A DNA stretch of 64,000 bases from positions 8,532-72,531 of the forward strand of contig JAZTWC010000069.1 in assembly GCA_045635665.1 (NCBI GenBank), written 5' to 3'. The position numbers and the translations under genes are program-made. The notes below the pieces were generated by a model, which saw nothing but the letters and a program-made list of their open reading frames with translations, made no database searches and was not told the origin of the DNA. Of this stretch, positions 38,958 through 48,604 are shown piece by piece. Positions within the stretch are counted from its first letter, which is position 1. Each line of letters begins with the position of its first letter. The DNA comes from Acutalibacteraceae bacterium (lineage in GTDB: Bacteria; Bacillota; Clostridia; Oscillospirales; Acutalibacteraceae).

Positions 38958-39387
38958 ATATAAAGAGCTGATTATCTACGGCGTTTTCGGTGTTTGTACA
39001 ACTCTGGTGAACTTCCTGACTTATAAGCTTTTTAATGTGCTTTTAGGTGTGGAATATTATCTTGTGTCAAATATCATAGCCTGGTTTGTCAGCGTGATAT
39101 TTGCCTATGTGACCAACAAGATATTTGTATTTGAAAGCAAAAGCTGGAATGTCAGGGTTGTTGCCAAAGAGGTACCGTCTTTCTTTGCGGCGAGAGTTTT
39201 CTCTTTCCTTGTGGAAGAGGCAGGACTTTTCCTGCTTGTAGATGTTCTCGGTATGAAGGATTTCGGAGTGGATATACTCGGCTTCACTATCAGCGGAAAT
39301 ATGATTTCCAAGGTGATTCTTGCCGTGGTGGTAGTAGTGCTCAATTATTTCTTTTCCAAGTTTGTGGTGTTCAGGAAGAAAAAATAA
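38929..39387 (+). CDS. GtrA family membrane protein
   Basis: Four TM segments; NKIFVF and FSKFVVF motifs; overlaps and follows the GT2 gene. Confidence 0.8.
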   Translation: MNTLKNLIIKYKELIIYGVFGVCTTLVNFLTYKLFNVLLGVEYYLVSNIIAWFVSVIFAYVTNKIFVFESKSWNVRVVAKEVPSFFAARVFSFLVEEAGLFLLVDVLGMKDFGVDILGFTISGNMISKVILAVVVVVLNYFFSKFVVFRKKK

Positions 39388-39395
39388 AACTTTGA

Positions 39396-39422
39396 GGTAG
39401 GACAGATGTCCTGCCTTTTTTA
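39396..39422 (+). terminator. Rho-independent terminator
   Basis: GGTAGGA / TCCTGCC hairpin followed by TTTTTT. Confidence 0.7.
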
Positions 39423-39442
39423 GTTTCTGCATCAGGGGAGAG

Positions 39443-39521
39443 GGGGGCTCAGGAAAATTCCTGCGGAATTTTTGTGGGACTGCGTCTCTCAGTTGCGGCG
39501 AAGCCGCAACCCTGAGCCCCC
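39443..39521. repeat. GC-rich nested palindromic element (11-bp outer stem enclosing two 8-bp triloop hairpins)
   Basis: GGGGCTCAGG at 39443-39453 pairs with CCTGAGCCCCC at 39511-39521. Inner hairpins are GGAAAATTCC-TGC-GGAATTTT and GTTGCGGC-GAA-GCCGCAAC. Confidence 0.5.
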
Positions 39522-39638
39522 GCCCCGCCTTTACATCCCATTTTAAGGGATATATTTCGCAAAATTCTCCTTTTTGCTATTGCTCAAAGCTTTAATTTAT
39601 GCTATAATATGATGATTATTATAGTGAGGTAGTATGCC

Positions 39639-40148
39639 ATGATTATCTTAGGTATCGACCCGGGTTATGCTATAGTCGGCTTTGGAGTAATTGAATATAA
39701 AAACAATCACTTCACAGTTATCGATTACGGTGCCATTTTAACCGATGCGGGCACGCCTTTTAATATAAGACTCGAAAAAATTTACGACGGACTGACTGCA
39801 ATAATTGAGCGTCACAAACCTGAGGCAATGTCTATAGAAAAGCTCTTTTACAACAACAACGCAAAGACTGTTATTGACGTAAGCCAGGCCCGCGGTGTAA
39901 TTATGCTTGCGGCTCAAAAAAATGGAGTGCCTGCCTTCGAATACACACCCTTGCAGGTCAAACAGAGTGTTGTTGGTTACGGCAGAGCAGAGAAAAAACA
40001 GGTGCAGGAAATGACCCGCAGAATCCTTGCTCTTGAAAAAGTACCAAAGCCCGACGATACAGCCGACGCACTGGCTATGGCTATATGCCATGCTCACGCA
40101 AGCGGTTCACTTATGACAAACAACTTAAGAATCAGAAAGGGGATATAA
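39639..40148 (+). CDS. ruvC: Holliday junction resolvase RuvC
   Basis: ILGIDPG N-terminus and DAADALA-type C-terminal motif (DTADALAMAICH); ruvCAB order. Confidence 0.92.
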   Translation: MIILGIDPGYAIVGFGVIEYKNNHFTVIDYGAILTDAGTPFNIRLEKIYDGLTAIIERHKPEAMSIEKLFYNNNAKTVIDVSQARGVIMLAAQKNGVPAFEYTPLQVKQSVVGYGRAEKKQVQEMTRRILALEKVPKPDDTADALAMAICHAHASGSLMTNNLRIRKGI

Positions 40149-40151
40149 GCT

Positions 40152-40757
40152 GTGTTTTATTCACTCACAGGAAAAGTAATAAATAAGGGTATAAACTTCG
40201 CTGTTATCAGTTGCGGCGGTGTAGGCTTTATGTGCTACACATCACGTTTCACCCTTTACGATTTACCCGACGATAAATCTGAGGCAACAGTTTATACCCA
40301 CCTCAATGTCCGCGAGGACGCCCTTGACCTTTTCGGTTTTTCAACTGAGTATGAGCTCGAGTGGTTCAAGATGCTTATTACCGTCAACGGTGTGGGACCC
40401 AAGGCGGCTCTTGCGATACTTTCCGAGCTGACAGTTGATGAGATTGCCCTTGCGATTTCAACCAAAGATGCTAAGTCAATCACACGCGCCAGCGGTATCG
40501 GCCCCAAGATTGCACAGCGAATCATACTCGACCTTAAAGATAAAGTTAAAAATATTGTACCCGACGGTGAGCTTTTTGAAAGTGCAGACAGAATCAGCGC
40601 TGCCACAGAGATGCCCAACACATCAGAAGCTATTGCAGCTCTGTCAATGCTCGGTTACTCTCAGTCTGAGGCGGCAACAGCCGTCAGCAAAGTTGACCCG
40701 TCACTTCCCGTGCAGGCTATTATCAAACAGGCTCTCAAGCTTTTGAGCAGTATGTGA
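40152..40757 (+). CDS. ruvA: Holliday junction branch-migration protein RuvA
   Basis: GTG start after a GGGGA RBS. HhH motifs (VNGVGPKAALAIL, ASGIGPKIAQRI). Confidence 0.92.
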   Translation: MFYSLTGKVINKGINFAVISCGGVGFMCYTSRFTLYDLPDDKSEATVYTHLNVREDALDLFGFSTEYELEWFKMLITVNGVGPKAALAILSELTVDEIALAISTKDAKSITRASGIGPKIAQRIILDLKDKVKNIVPDGELFESADRISAATEMPNTSEAIAALSMLGYSQSEAATAVSKVDPSLPVQAIIKQALKLLSSM

Positions 40758-40773
40758 TTACAGGTGAAATAAT

Positions 40774-41793
40774 ATGGATTTTGAAGAAAGAATTGTAGCT
40801 CCCGACTATACGGGTTTAGACTCAGATATAGAAGTTTCCCTTCGCCCGAAAGTTCTCACTGACTACATCGGTCAGGAAAAAGCAAAGGAAAATCTCGAGG
40901 TATACATTAAAGCTGCCAAGGCAAGAGGTGAGAGTCTCGACCACGTGCTTTTGTACGGCCCTCCGGGACTCGGCAAGACAACACTTGCGGGCATTATCGC
41001 CAATGAGATGAATGTTAATTTCCGAGTGACATCAGGTCCTGCCATTGAAAAACAAGGTGATCTTGCAGCACTTCTTACCAACCTCAACGAAGGCGATGTG
41101 CTTTTCATCGACGAGATTCACCGTCTCAACAGAAGCGTTGAAGAAGTTCTCTATCCAGCTATGGAAGACAACGCCCTTGATATTATCATCGGTAAAGGTC
41201 CCTCGGCAAGATCAATCAGACTCGACCTTCCCAAGTTCACTCTGGTTGGTGCCACAACACGTGCAGGTCAGCTTTCAGCACCCCTTCGTGACAGATTTGG
41301 TGTTATCCTCAGACTCGAGCTTTACACCCCCGAAGAGTTGGCTCTTATTGTAACAAGAAGTGCAGGTATCCTCGGCATTGATATTGAAAAATACGGTGCA
41401 CTTGAGATTGCTTCTCGTTCAAGAGGTACTCCCCGAATTGCCAACAGACTTTTAAAGAGAGCAAGAGACTTCGCTCAGGTTATGGGCAACGGCATTATCG
41501 ACGAAGAAAGTGCTGACCACGCTCTCGAAAAGATGGAAATCGACAACATTGGTCTTGACTCCATAGACAGACTTCTGCTTTCAACTATGATTAAATCTTA
41601 CGGTGGCGGACCCGTTGGTCTTGAGACTATTGCAGCGGCTATCGGCGAAGAAGCTGTCACTATCGAAGATGTTTACGAGCCTTATCTTATGCAGATAGGC
41701 TTCCTCGGCAGAACACCGAGAGGCAGAGTTGCAACTCCTGCCGCATATGAACATCTCGGTATCCCTGTACCGGGACAACAGCAATTATTCTAA
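40774..41793 (+). CDS. ruvB: Holliday junction branch-migration ATPase RuvB
   Basis: [11 protein letters not shown] Walker A, FIDEIHRL Walker B, PRIANRLL motif. Confidence 0.95.
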   Translation: MDFEERIVAPDYTGLDSDIEVSLRPKVLTDYIGQEKAKENLEVYIKAAKARGESLDHVLLYGPPGLGKTTLAGIIANEMNVNFRVTSGPAIEKQGDLAALLTNLNEGDVLFIDEIHRLNRSVEEVLYPAMEDNALDIIIGKGPSARSIRLDLPKFTLVGATTRAGQLSAPLRDRFGVILRLELYTPEELALIVTRSAGILGIDIEKYGALEIASRSRGTPRIANRLLKRARDFAQVMGNGIIDEESADHALEKMEIDNIGLDSIDRLLLSTMIKSYGGGPVGLETIAAAIGEEAVTIEDVYEPYLMQIGFLGRTPRGRVATPAAYEHLGIPVPGQQQLF

Positions 41794-41812
41794 AGGAATA
41801 AGGTAAATTACT

Positions 41813-42679
41813 ATGAGATATACAAAAGATTGGAAAGATTACGAGCTTATCGACTGCTCTGACGGTGAAAAGTTAGAGCGTTGGGGCAATATCGTTTTGG
41901 TACGCCCCGACCCTCAGGTTATATGGAAGACTCCTAAGAAAAATCCACTTTGGCGCAAGGCTGACGCTTATTATCACCGTTCAAAGTCAGGTGGCGGAGA
42001 ATGGGAAGTAAGAAGCAAGATGCCTCCCTTCTGGAGCATCAACTACAAAGATATGACCTTTAATATAAAGACAATGGGCTTCAAGCACACAGGCCTTTTC
42101 CCTGAGCAGGCTGTCAACTGGGACTATACAAGAGAAGTCATCAGAAAAGCAGGCAGACCCGTAAAGGTCCTTAACCTCTTTGCATATACAGGCGGTGCTA
42201 CAGTGGCTCCTCTTATGGAAAATGCTCACGTGGTACACGTTGACGCATCAAAGGGTATGACAGCATGGGCAAAAGAAAATGCCATCTCCTCAGGTGTAAG
42301 TGACGGCAGTGTACGCTGGATCGTTGACGACTGTATCAAGTTTGTTCAGAGAGAAATCCGTCGCGGTAACAAGTACGATATCATCATTATGGACCCGCCC
42401 TCATACGGCAGAGGTCCCGGCGGTGAAGTATGGAAGCTCGAAGACGAGGTATACGGTTTTGTTGAGCTTTGCAGTGAGCTTTTATATGAAGACTCACTTA
42501 TGATGCTTATCAACTCATACACAACAGGACTTTCATCATCTGTTATGGAATATATTTTAGGTGCTGTCATCAAAAAGAAGTTCGGCGGTAAGGTTTCTTC
42601 TTCTGAGATAGGCCTGCCCGTTACCGACAGCGGTATGGTTCTTCCCTGTGGCGCATCAGCTATATGGGAAAAGGAGTAA
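41813..42679 (+). CDS. Class I SAM-dependent methyltransferase (RlmI/RlmK-like catalytic domain)
   Basis: [12 protein letters not shown] (SAM-binding) and [12 protein letters not shown] (DPPS/F) motifs. Confidence 0.75.
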   Translation: MRYTKDWKDYELIDCSDGEKLERWGNIVLVRPDPQVIWKTPKKNPLWRKADAYYHRSKSGGGEWEVRSKMPPFWSINYKDMTFNIKTMGFKHTGLFPEQAVNWDYTREVIRKAGRPVKVLNLFAYTGGATVAPLMENAHVVHVDASKGMTAWAKENAISSGVSDGSVRWIVDDCIKFVQREIRRGNKYDIIIMDPPSYGRGPGGEVWKLEDEVYGFVELCSELLYEDSLMMLINSYTTGLSSSVMEYILGAVIKKKFGGKVSSSEIGLPVTDSGMVLPCGASAIWEKE

Positions 42680-42684
42680 AGTTT

Positions 42685-43539
42685 ATGGATAACTTTATTG
42701 AATTTCAGAACGTTACTTTCTCTTATGATGAAGACGAAGAGAGTAACACTTTAGGCGAAACCATAGTTGAAAACTTTTCTTTGCAGATAAAAAAAGGCGA
42801 TTTTGTGGCTGTGCTCGGTCATAACGGCTGTGGCAAAAGCACTATCGCTAAGCTCTGCAACGGCATCAATATTCCACAGTCAGGCAAAGTGCTCGTTGAC
42901 GGCATAGATACAGCCGATGAAGAGAAAATCAATGACATCAGACAGAAAGTCGGTATGGTTTTCCAAAACCCCGACAATCAGATAGTTGCAACTATTGTTG
43001 AAGATGATGTGGCTTTCGGCCCTGAAAACTTAGGTGTTGAGCCGCAGGAAATCAGACGCAGAGTTGATGAAGCCTTAAAGAGAGTCGGTATGTACGACTT
43101 CAGACTTTCCGAGCCTCATAAGCTCTCAGGCGGTCAGAAGCAGAGAGTTGCTATTGCAGGTATTATCGCTATGCAGCCTCAGTGCATTGTACTCGACGAG
43201 CCCACATCTATGCTTGACCCAAGAGGCAGAAAAGAAGTAATGGATACTGTTAAAATGCTGAATGGTGAGTATGGCATTACAGTTATCTTCATAACTCACT
43301 ATATGGATGAGGCTGCCAAAGCTAACCGTGTTATCGTTATGGAAAAAGGTGAGGTTATTCTTGACGGCGAGCCAAGAGAGGTTTTCAGCCATATCGATAC
43401 ACTTAAAAAAGTGGGTCTTGATGTACCCGAATCTACTTTCCTTGCCCGTGAACTTAAAAATGAGGGCATAGATATAAAGGGCGACATTCTCACAGTAGAT
43501 GAGCTTTTAGGTGAAATTTTACGAATCAAAAAGGTGTGA
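42685..43539 (+). CDS. ecfA1: ECF transporter ATPase component EcfA1
   Basis: GHNGCGKST Walker [13 protein letters not shown] signature, LDEPTSMLD Walker B; ecfA1-ecfA2-ecfT order. Confidence 0.88.
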   Translation: MDNFIEFQNVTFSYDEDEESNTLGETIVENFSLQIKKGDFVAVLGHNGCGKSTIAKLCNGINIPQSGKVLVDGIDTADEEKINDIRQKVGMVFQNPDNQIVATIVEDDVAFGPENLGVEPQEIRRRVDEALKRVGMYDFRLSEPHKLSGGQKQRVAIAGIIAMQPQCIVLDEPTSMLDPRGRKEVMDTVKMLNGEYGITVIFITHYMDEAAKANRVIVMEKGEVILDGEPREVFSHIDTLKKVGLDVPESTFLARELKNEGIDIKGDILTVDELLGEILRIKKV

Positions 43540-43543
43540 CAAA

Positions 43544-44410
43544 ATGAGCGCAGTTGTTCTCGAAACAAAAAACTTAAGTCATATTTATTCTGAGGGTACC
43601 ACCTCACGTGTGGATGCTATCAGAGATATCTGCCTTAAAATAGACAAAGGTGAGCTTGTGGGCGTTATCGGTCATACAGGCTCAGGCAAAAGCACCCTCA
43701 TTCAGCATTTCAACGGCCTTTTAAAGGGTAGCAGCGGTGTAGTTTTACTCGAGGGCAAAGACATATGGCAGGATAAAAAGAACATCAGACAAGTGCGTTT
43801 CAAGGTGGGTATCTGCTTCCAGTACCCCGAGTATCAGCTTTTTGAAGAGACAGTATATAAAGATATAGCTTACGGCCCCACAAATATGAAACTCTCAGCC
43901 GAAGAAATCGACAAGAGAGTCAGAAGCACAATTAAATTTGTGGGTCTCGATGAAAGCTATTTTGATAAATCTCCCTTTGAGCTCTCAGGCGGCGAAAAGA
44001 GAAGAGTTGCTATAGCAGGTGTTATGGCTATGGAGCCTGAAATTTTAATTCTCGATGAGCCTTGCGCGGGTCTTGACCCCAAGGGCAGAGACACTATACT
44101 CGGTCTGATAAGAGAGTATCAGAAAAATACAGACTCAACGGTGCTTGTTGTGTCTCACTCAATGGAGGATATCTCCAAAATTGCGACGAAAGTACTTGTT
44201 ATGAATAAGGGTACTCTTGCCTATTATGACAGCGTAGACAATGTTTTCTCCAATGCCGACGAACTTCGTGAGATGGGCCTTAATATTCCTGAAATCACAC
44301 AGATTTTCCTTGGCCTCAGAGAAGCAGGCTATGATGTGGATGTAAATATTTACACTCACGAAAAGGCTAAGGCAGAGCTTTTAAAGCTTCTGAAAGGAGG
44401 CGAAAGATAA
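43544..44410 (+). CDS. ecfA2: ECF transporter ATPase component EcfA2
   Basis: GHTGSGKST, LSGGEKRRVAIA and LDEPCAGLD motifs. Start at MSAVVLETK. Confidence 0.88.
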   Translation: MSAVVLETKNLSHIYSEGTTSRVDAIRDICLKIDKGELVGVIGHTGSGKSTLIQHFNGLLKGSSGVVLLEGKDIWQDKKNIRQVRFKVGICFQYPEYQLFEETVYKDIAYGPTNMKLSAEEIDKRVRSTIKFVGLDESYFDKSPFELSGGEKRRVAIAGVMAMEPEILILDEPCAGLDPKGRDTILGLIREYQKNTDSTVLVVSHSMEDISKIATKVLVMNKGTLAYYDSVDNVFSNADELREMGLNIPEITQIFLGLREAGYDVDVNIYTHEKAKAELLKLLKGGER

Positions 44411-45234
44411 TGTCTATGATAAGTGATATCACCATCGGTCAGTATTATAAAGGCGACTCTTTCGTCCATAAGCTTGATCCGAGAGCAAAGATTATTCTCA
44501 CAGTGCTTTTTGTGGCAATGATTTTTATGTGTAAGAGCTTCATAAGTCTTGCGCTTGTGCTTGGTGTGATACTTCTTTCGGTAGCAGTATCAAAGGTGCC
44601 TTTCAAGATGTTTGCAAAGTCACTCAAGCCTATAGTACCAATTGTACTTTTCACGGCAATAATCAATATATTTTATATCACGGGCGGTAAAGAGCTTCTT
44701 TCCTTAGGTTTTATCAAAATCACAGAAAAAGGCCTTTACACGGCAATATTTATGGCAATAAGAATTATCTTTCTTATCATCAGCTCCTCACTTCTTACCT
44801 ATACGACGGTACCCACTCAGTTGACAGATGCCATTGAAAGATTGCTCTCACCCCTTAAGATTTTCCATATACCCGTTCATACACTCGCTATGATGATGAC
44901 TCTTGCACTTCGCTTTATTCCCACTCTGATTGAAGAGGTTGAGCGAATTACCAATGCACAGAAAGCAAGAGGTGCAGATTTTGAGTCAGGCTCATTTATG
45001 GATAAAATCAAAGCGCTCATTCCTATTCTTATACCTCTTTTCATCTCGGCATTCAGACGCGCTTACGAGCTGTCTTTTGCAATGAGCTGTCGCTGCTATA
45101 CAGGCGGAGAGGGCAGAACAAGAATGAAGCAGATGAAACTCAGATTCAGCGACATAGCTTCAATGATATTTTTCATAGTATGTGTTGTGGCCGTTGTACT
45201 GATAAACAAATATGCGGGAGCCAATGTAATATGA
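44410..45234 (+). CDS. ecfT: ECF transporter transmembrane component EcfT
   Basis: Polytopic protein; the ARGADFES segment carries the conserved EcfT Ala-Arg-Gly coupling motif. ATGA-type overlaps with both neighbours. Confidence 0.88.
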   Translation: MSMISDITIGQYYKGDSFVHKLDPRAKIILTVLFVAMIFMCKSFISLALVLGVILLSVAVSKVPFKMFAKSLKPIVPIVLFTAIINIFYITGGKELLSLGFIKITEKGLYTAIFMAIRIIFLIISSSLLTYTTVPTQLTDAIERLLSPLKIFHIPVHTLAMMMTLALRFIPTLIEEVERITNAQKARGADFESGSFMDKIKALIPILIPLFISAFRRAYELSFAMSCRCYTGGEGRTRMKQMKLRFSDIASMIFFIVCVVAVVLINKYAGANVI

Positions 45235-45965
45235 ATAACTACAGACTTATTCTCGCTTACGACGGTACACCCTATCACGGTTGGCAGATGCAGGACAATG
45301 CCATAACAATTCAGCAGTGTCTCAGCGAAGCTATCGAGAGAATTTTCGGAGAAAAGTGTACAATTTACGGCTCAAGCCGAACTGACAAAGGCGTTCACGC
45401 TGAGGGCTTCTGCTGTAACTTCAGAACCGAAAAAGACCGTGACTGCGAAAAAATCGCATACGGACTCAATGCTGTTTTACCCGAAAGTATATGTGTATTA
45501 GAGTGCAGTAAGGCAGATGAAAACTTCAATGCACGATTCGATGCCAAGGGTAAGCAGTATACATATAAAATCTGGAACAGCAGACGCCGCAACCCATTTA
45601 TGATTGACAAGGCTCTGCACCATCCTATACATATTGACGAAAAGCTCCTTAATGAGCAGGCGAAAGATTATATCGGTACCCACGACTTTTCTGCTTTTTG
45701 TGCGGCAGGAGGAACAACACTCAGTAATGTCAGAACTATTTTTGATTGCAGTGTTGAGCGTGAGGGGGACATGGTCATTTTTAAGGTAAAGGGTGACGGG
45801 TTCCTTTACAATATGGTGCGCATAATGGTTGGCACATTGCTTGATATAAACTCAGGCAAAATAGAAAAGGGGAGTATCCCCGAAATAATTGAGAGCAAGT
45901 CAAGGCTTTCTGCGGGAATAACTGCAAAGGCTCACGGACTCTATCTCACAGAAGTTTATTATTAA
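45231..45965 (+). CDS. truA: tRNA pseudouridine(38-40) synthase TruA
   Basis: YRLILAYDGTPYHGWQ and GSSRTDKGVHA (catalytic Asp) motifs. Start overlaps the ecfT stop. Confidence 0.92.
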   Translation: MNNYRLILAYDGTPYHGWQMQDNAITIQQCLSEAIERIFGEKCTIYGSSRTDKGVHAEGFCCNFRTEKDRDCEKIAYGLNAVLPESICVLECSKADENFNARFDAKGKQYTYKIWNSRRRNPFMIDKALHHPIHIDEKLLNEQAKDYIGTHDFSAFCAAGGTTLSNVRTIFDCSVEREGDMVIFKVKGDGFLYNMVRIMVGTLLDINSGKIEKGSIPEIIESKSRLSAGITAKAHGLYLTEVYY

Positions 45966-45992
45966 AATATAAGACAAGGCGAGGTGAAAAAA

Positions 45993-47153
45993 ATGGCAGA
46001 CAACATCAGATATGTAGGAAATGCTGTGCGAAAAGAAAAAAATAAACGCAATTTTAAGCGTTCTTTAAACTTGACTTTAGTTTTAGCGCTGATAATTATA
46101 TCAATTCTTGCAGGTCTTAAAATTGCTCAGAAGACAGCTCCGGGAGTCAATGACATTGCAGAAGTCGAAAGTGACGGCTATCCCGTGTCTTTTTCAGGCA
46201 ACGATATTAGAGAAGCAGATGTGATGGATAAAAATATCATCGTGCTGACTAAAAAGTTTGTTACAGCACTTGATAATAGAGGCAACACAGTATGGCAGCA
46301 TGCAGTCTCATATGGTGACCCTGCTGTTTTTATCGGTGAAAAATACTCTCTCGCTTTTGACAGATATTCCAATAAGTATGCTGTCATTTCATCTGACGGC
46401 AAGATAGATGAAAGAAAAGCTGAGCGAACCACTCAGATTTTCTCGGGCAGAGTTACAGATAAGGGTGAGGTGCTGATGTCACTCAAGAGTACTTCCTCGG
46501 CCTGCCTTGTAAGCGTTACGGATAAAAAAGGTAACGAAAAGTTTGTATGGTCCTGCAACGAGGAATATATTGTTGATATGGGACTTTCTTCTGACGGCAA
46601 GACTCTTTATTGCGCCGGTATCGGTGCCTCGGGCGGAGATATGTACACTAAGGTCTATGCAATCAATATGAAAGATGGAGAAGAGAAAAGCTATACCATA
46701 CTTTCGTCGGCCTGCGTAAGCGTAAACACAATCTCCGGTGATAAGTTCAATGTTATCACAACAAACGGCATATATGTCTTTGACTGCGGTAAGGATGAGA
46801 TGCTTACATATAATGTTAATTTTATTTCGAAACTTTTATTCTGTTCTGTTTCTGATAATGGATGTGTTGCGGTTGTCAACGACAGTGCACTCAACCTTTC
46901 AGAAAGCGTCCTGACGGTGTATTCAGGCGATGCCAAGGAAAAATACTCTATGGCAATACAGAACGGCGTTGAAGATATATTCAGCTACAAGGATGAGCCC
47001 TGTGTGCTTTACAGCGACAGTGTTATCTCCGTTCGTAAGGGCGAAGTTGATAAAAGGCTCTTCTTTGATAATAAAGCTATGGGCGTTGTAAGAACCGGTT
47101 CAAAGGTTTACTGCTATAGCTTAGGGGGTGTTGAAAAAGCGGCGGTTAAGTAA
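45993..47153 (+). CDS. Hypothetical membrane-anchored protein (possibly beta-propeller-like)
   Basis: N-terminal basic region plus a TM segment (LNLTLVLALIIISILAGL), then a beta-rich extracytoplasmic region. No catalytic motif recognised. Confidence 0.45.
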   Translation: MADNIRYVGNAVRKEKNKRNFKRSLNLTLVLALIIISILAGLKIAQKTAPGVNDIAEVESDGYPVSFSGNDIREADVMDKNIIVLTKKFVTALDNRGNTVWQHAVSYGDPAVFIGEKYSLAFDRYSNKYAVISSDGKIDERKAERTTQIFSGRVTDKGEVLMSLKSTSSACLVSVTDKKGNEKFVWSCNEEYIVDMGLSSDGKTLYCAGIGASGGDMYTKVYAINMKDGEEKSYTILSSACVSVNTISGDKFNVITTNGIYVFDCGKDEMLTYNVNFISKLLFCSVSDNGCVAVVNDSALNLSESVLTVYSGDAKEKYSMAIQNGVEDIFSYKDEPCVLYSDSVISVRKGEVDKRLFFDNKAMGVVRTGSKVYCYSLGGVEKAAVK

Positions 47154-47213
47154 TACTTGTAATATTTCTAAAAGTGTGGTATAATACACGACACATTTTT
47201 CAGGAGGATTTAA

Positions 47214-47921
47214 ATGGAATATATTGTTGATATAATTATTGCCTTAATCTTTGGTGCCTTAGTAATATCGTCAATAAGAAAAGGTTTTTTCAAGAGTCTT
47301 TTTGAACTGGCAGGCACCCTTATCTCACTTGCAATTTCAAGGGTTCTTTCAGAAAGCTTTGCTCGAGTAGCCTTTGACTCTTTCATAAGAAAAGGCGCAG
47401 AAACTTATCTGGAAAAAGCACTCGGTTCTGTGGGTACAAAAGATTATGCTCTTCAGGCTCAGGAAACGATCAACTCCATACCGGAAGCTTTAAATGGTAT
47501 AATGGGTCTTATGGGGATTGATAAAGAGCTCATACTCGAAAAAATCCAGGGTGCTGACCTTGGCGGAAACAACATGGTTGAAAGTCTTATGTCAGGTGTT
47601 GTTGAACCCGTAGGTACTGCAATAGTTCAGTTCATTTTATTTATCATTCTCACAGTTGTGGTAGGTTTTGTGCTTAAGTTTGTTGTCAGACTTCTTGACG
47701 GCATAATCAAAAAGCTTCCTGCCTTAAAACAGCTTAACGCAACTCTCGGTGCTGTCTTCGGAGTGCTCAGAGGCGTTATTGTAGTTGCAATTATTTCAAT
47801 GCTTGTGGGAATTCTCGCATCATTCATAGGCAACGAAAAATTTATTGAAATCGTAAATAATTCCATTATCGTTGATACATTCCAGAAGGTTATCGGATCA
47901 ATCAGCGGTACTGTCTTATAA
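47214..47921 (+). CDS. cvpA: CvpA family membrane protein
   Basis: N-terminus DIIIALIFGALVISSIRKGFFKSL and a four-TM layout typical of the colicin V production protein family. Confidence 0.72.
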   Translation: MEYIVDIIIALIFGALVISSIRKGFFKSLFELAGTLISLAISRVLSESFARVAFDSFIRKGAETYLEKALGSVGTKDYALQAQETINSIPEALNGIMGLMGIDKELILEKIQGADLGGNNMVESLMSGVVEPVGTAIVQFILFIILTVVVGFVLKFVVRLLDGIIKKLPALKQLNATLGAVFGVLRGVIVVAIISMLVGILASFIGNEKFIEIVNNSIIVDTFQKVIGSISGTVL

Positions 47922-47938
47922 AAGAAAGGAACATAACA

Positions 47939-48577
47939 ATGAAAGACTTATTCAAAGGTTGTTGGACTATACCCAACTTATTATCAGTAATCAGAATTTT
48001 ACTTATCGCCGTATTTGCATATCTTTTCTATAATGATGAAAAGATAATGGCTGTAGTTGTTCTCGCACTCTCAGGTCTCAGCGATACATTTGACGGTCAG
48101 ATCGCAAGAAAGTTCAATCAGATCAGTGCTCTCGGCAAGGTCCTTGACCCCGTTGCTGACAAACTCACACAGATCACAATTGCAGTAATGCTCTTCATCG
48201 ATTTCAAGACAGCTGCAAACCCTGTAATCAATGCTCTCGGTTGGGTTTTCCTCGTATTCCTCATTAAAGAGGCTGTTATGATTGTCGGCGGCCTTATTAT
48301 GCTGTTACTTAACATCCGTCCCGGTGCTGCTGAATTCTGGGGCAAGGCTGCAACAGTTGTGTTCTATGTCGGTATGGTTATTATTATCGCTGTAGGCCCC
48401 GAAGTAGGTGCTCTCAACAGTATCCTCGGCTTTGAGCTTCCTAACATCATCACAGGTATAATCGTAGTCCTTTGTGCAGTTATGACTATTGCAGCATTTG
48501 CAAGCTATATGCCTGAAACCTTCAGACAGTTCAAAGAATACTTTGATAACAGAAAAGCTGTTAAGAACAGCAAGTAA
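47939..48577 (+). CDS. CDP-alcohol phosphatidyltransferase (PgsA-like)
   Basis: D-x2-DG-x2-AR...G-x3-D-x3-D motif present as DTFDGQIARKFNQISALGKVLDPVADK. Confidence 0.8.
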   Translation: MKDLFKGCWTIPNLLSVIRILLIAVFAYLFYNDEKIMAVVVLALSGLSDTFDGQIARKFNQISALGKVLDPVADKLTQITIAVMLFIDFKTAANPVINALGWVFLVFLIKEAVMIVGGLIMLLLNIRPGAAEFWGKAATVVFYVGMVIIIAVGPEVGALNSILGFELPNIITGIIVVLCAVMTIAAFASYMPETFRQFKEYFDNRKAVKNSK

Positions 48578-48604
48578 TTTTAAGATTATCCCAAGGAGTA
48601 AACA

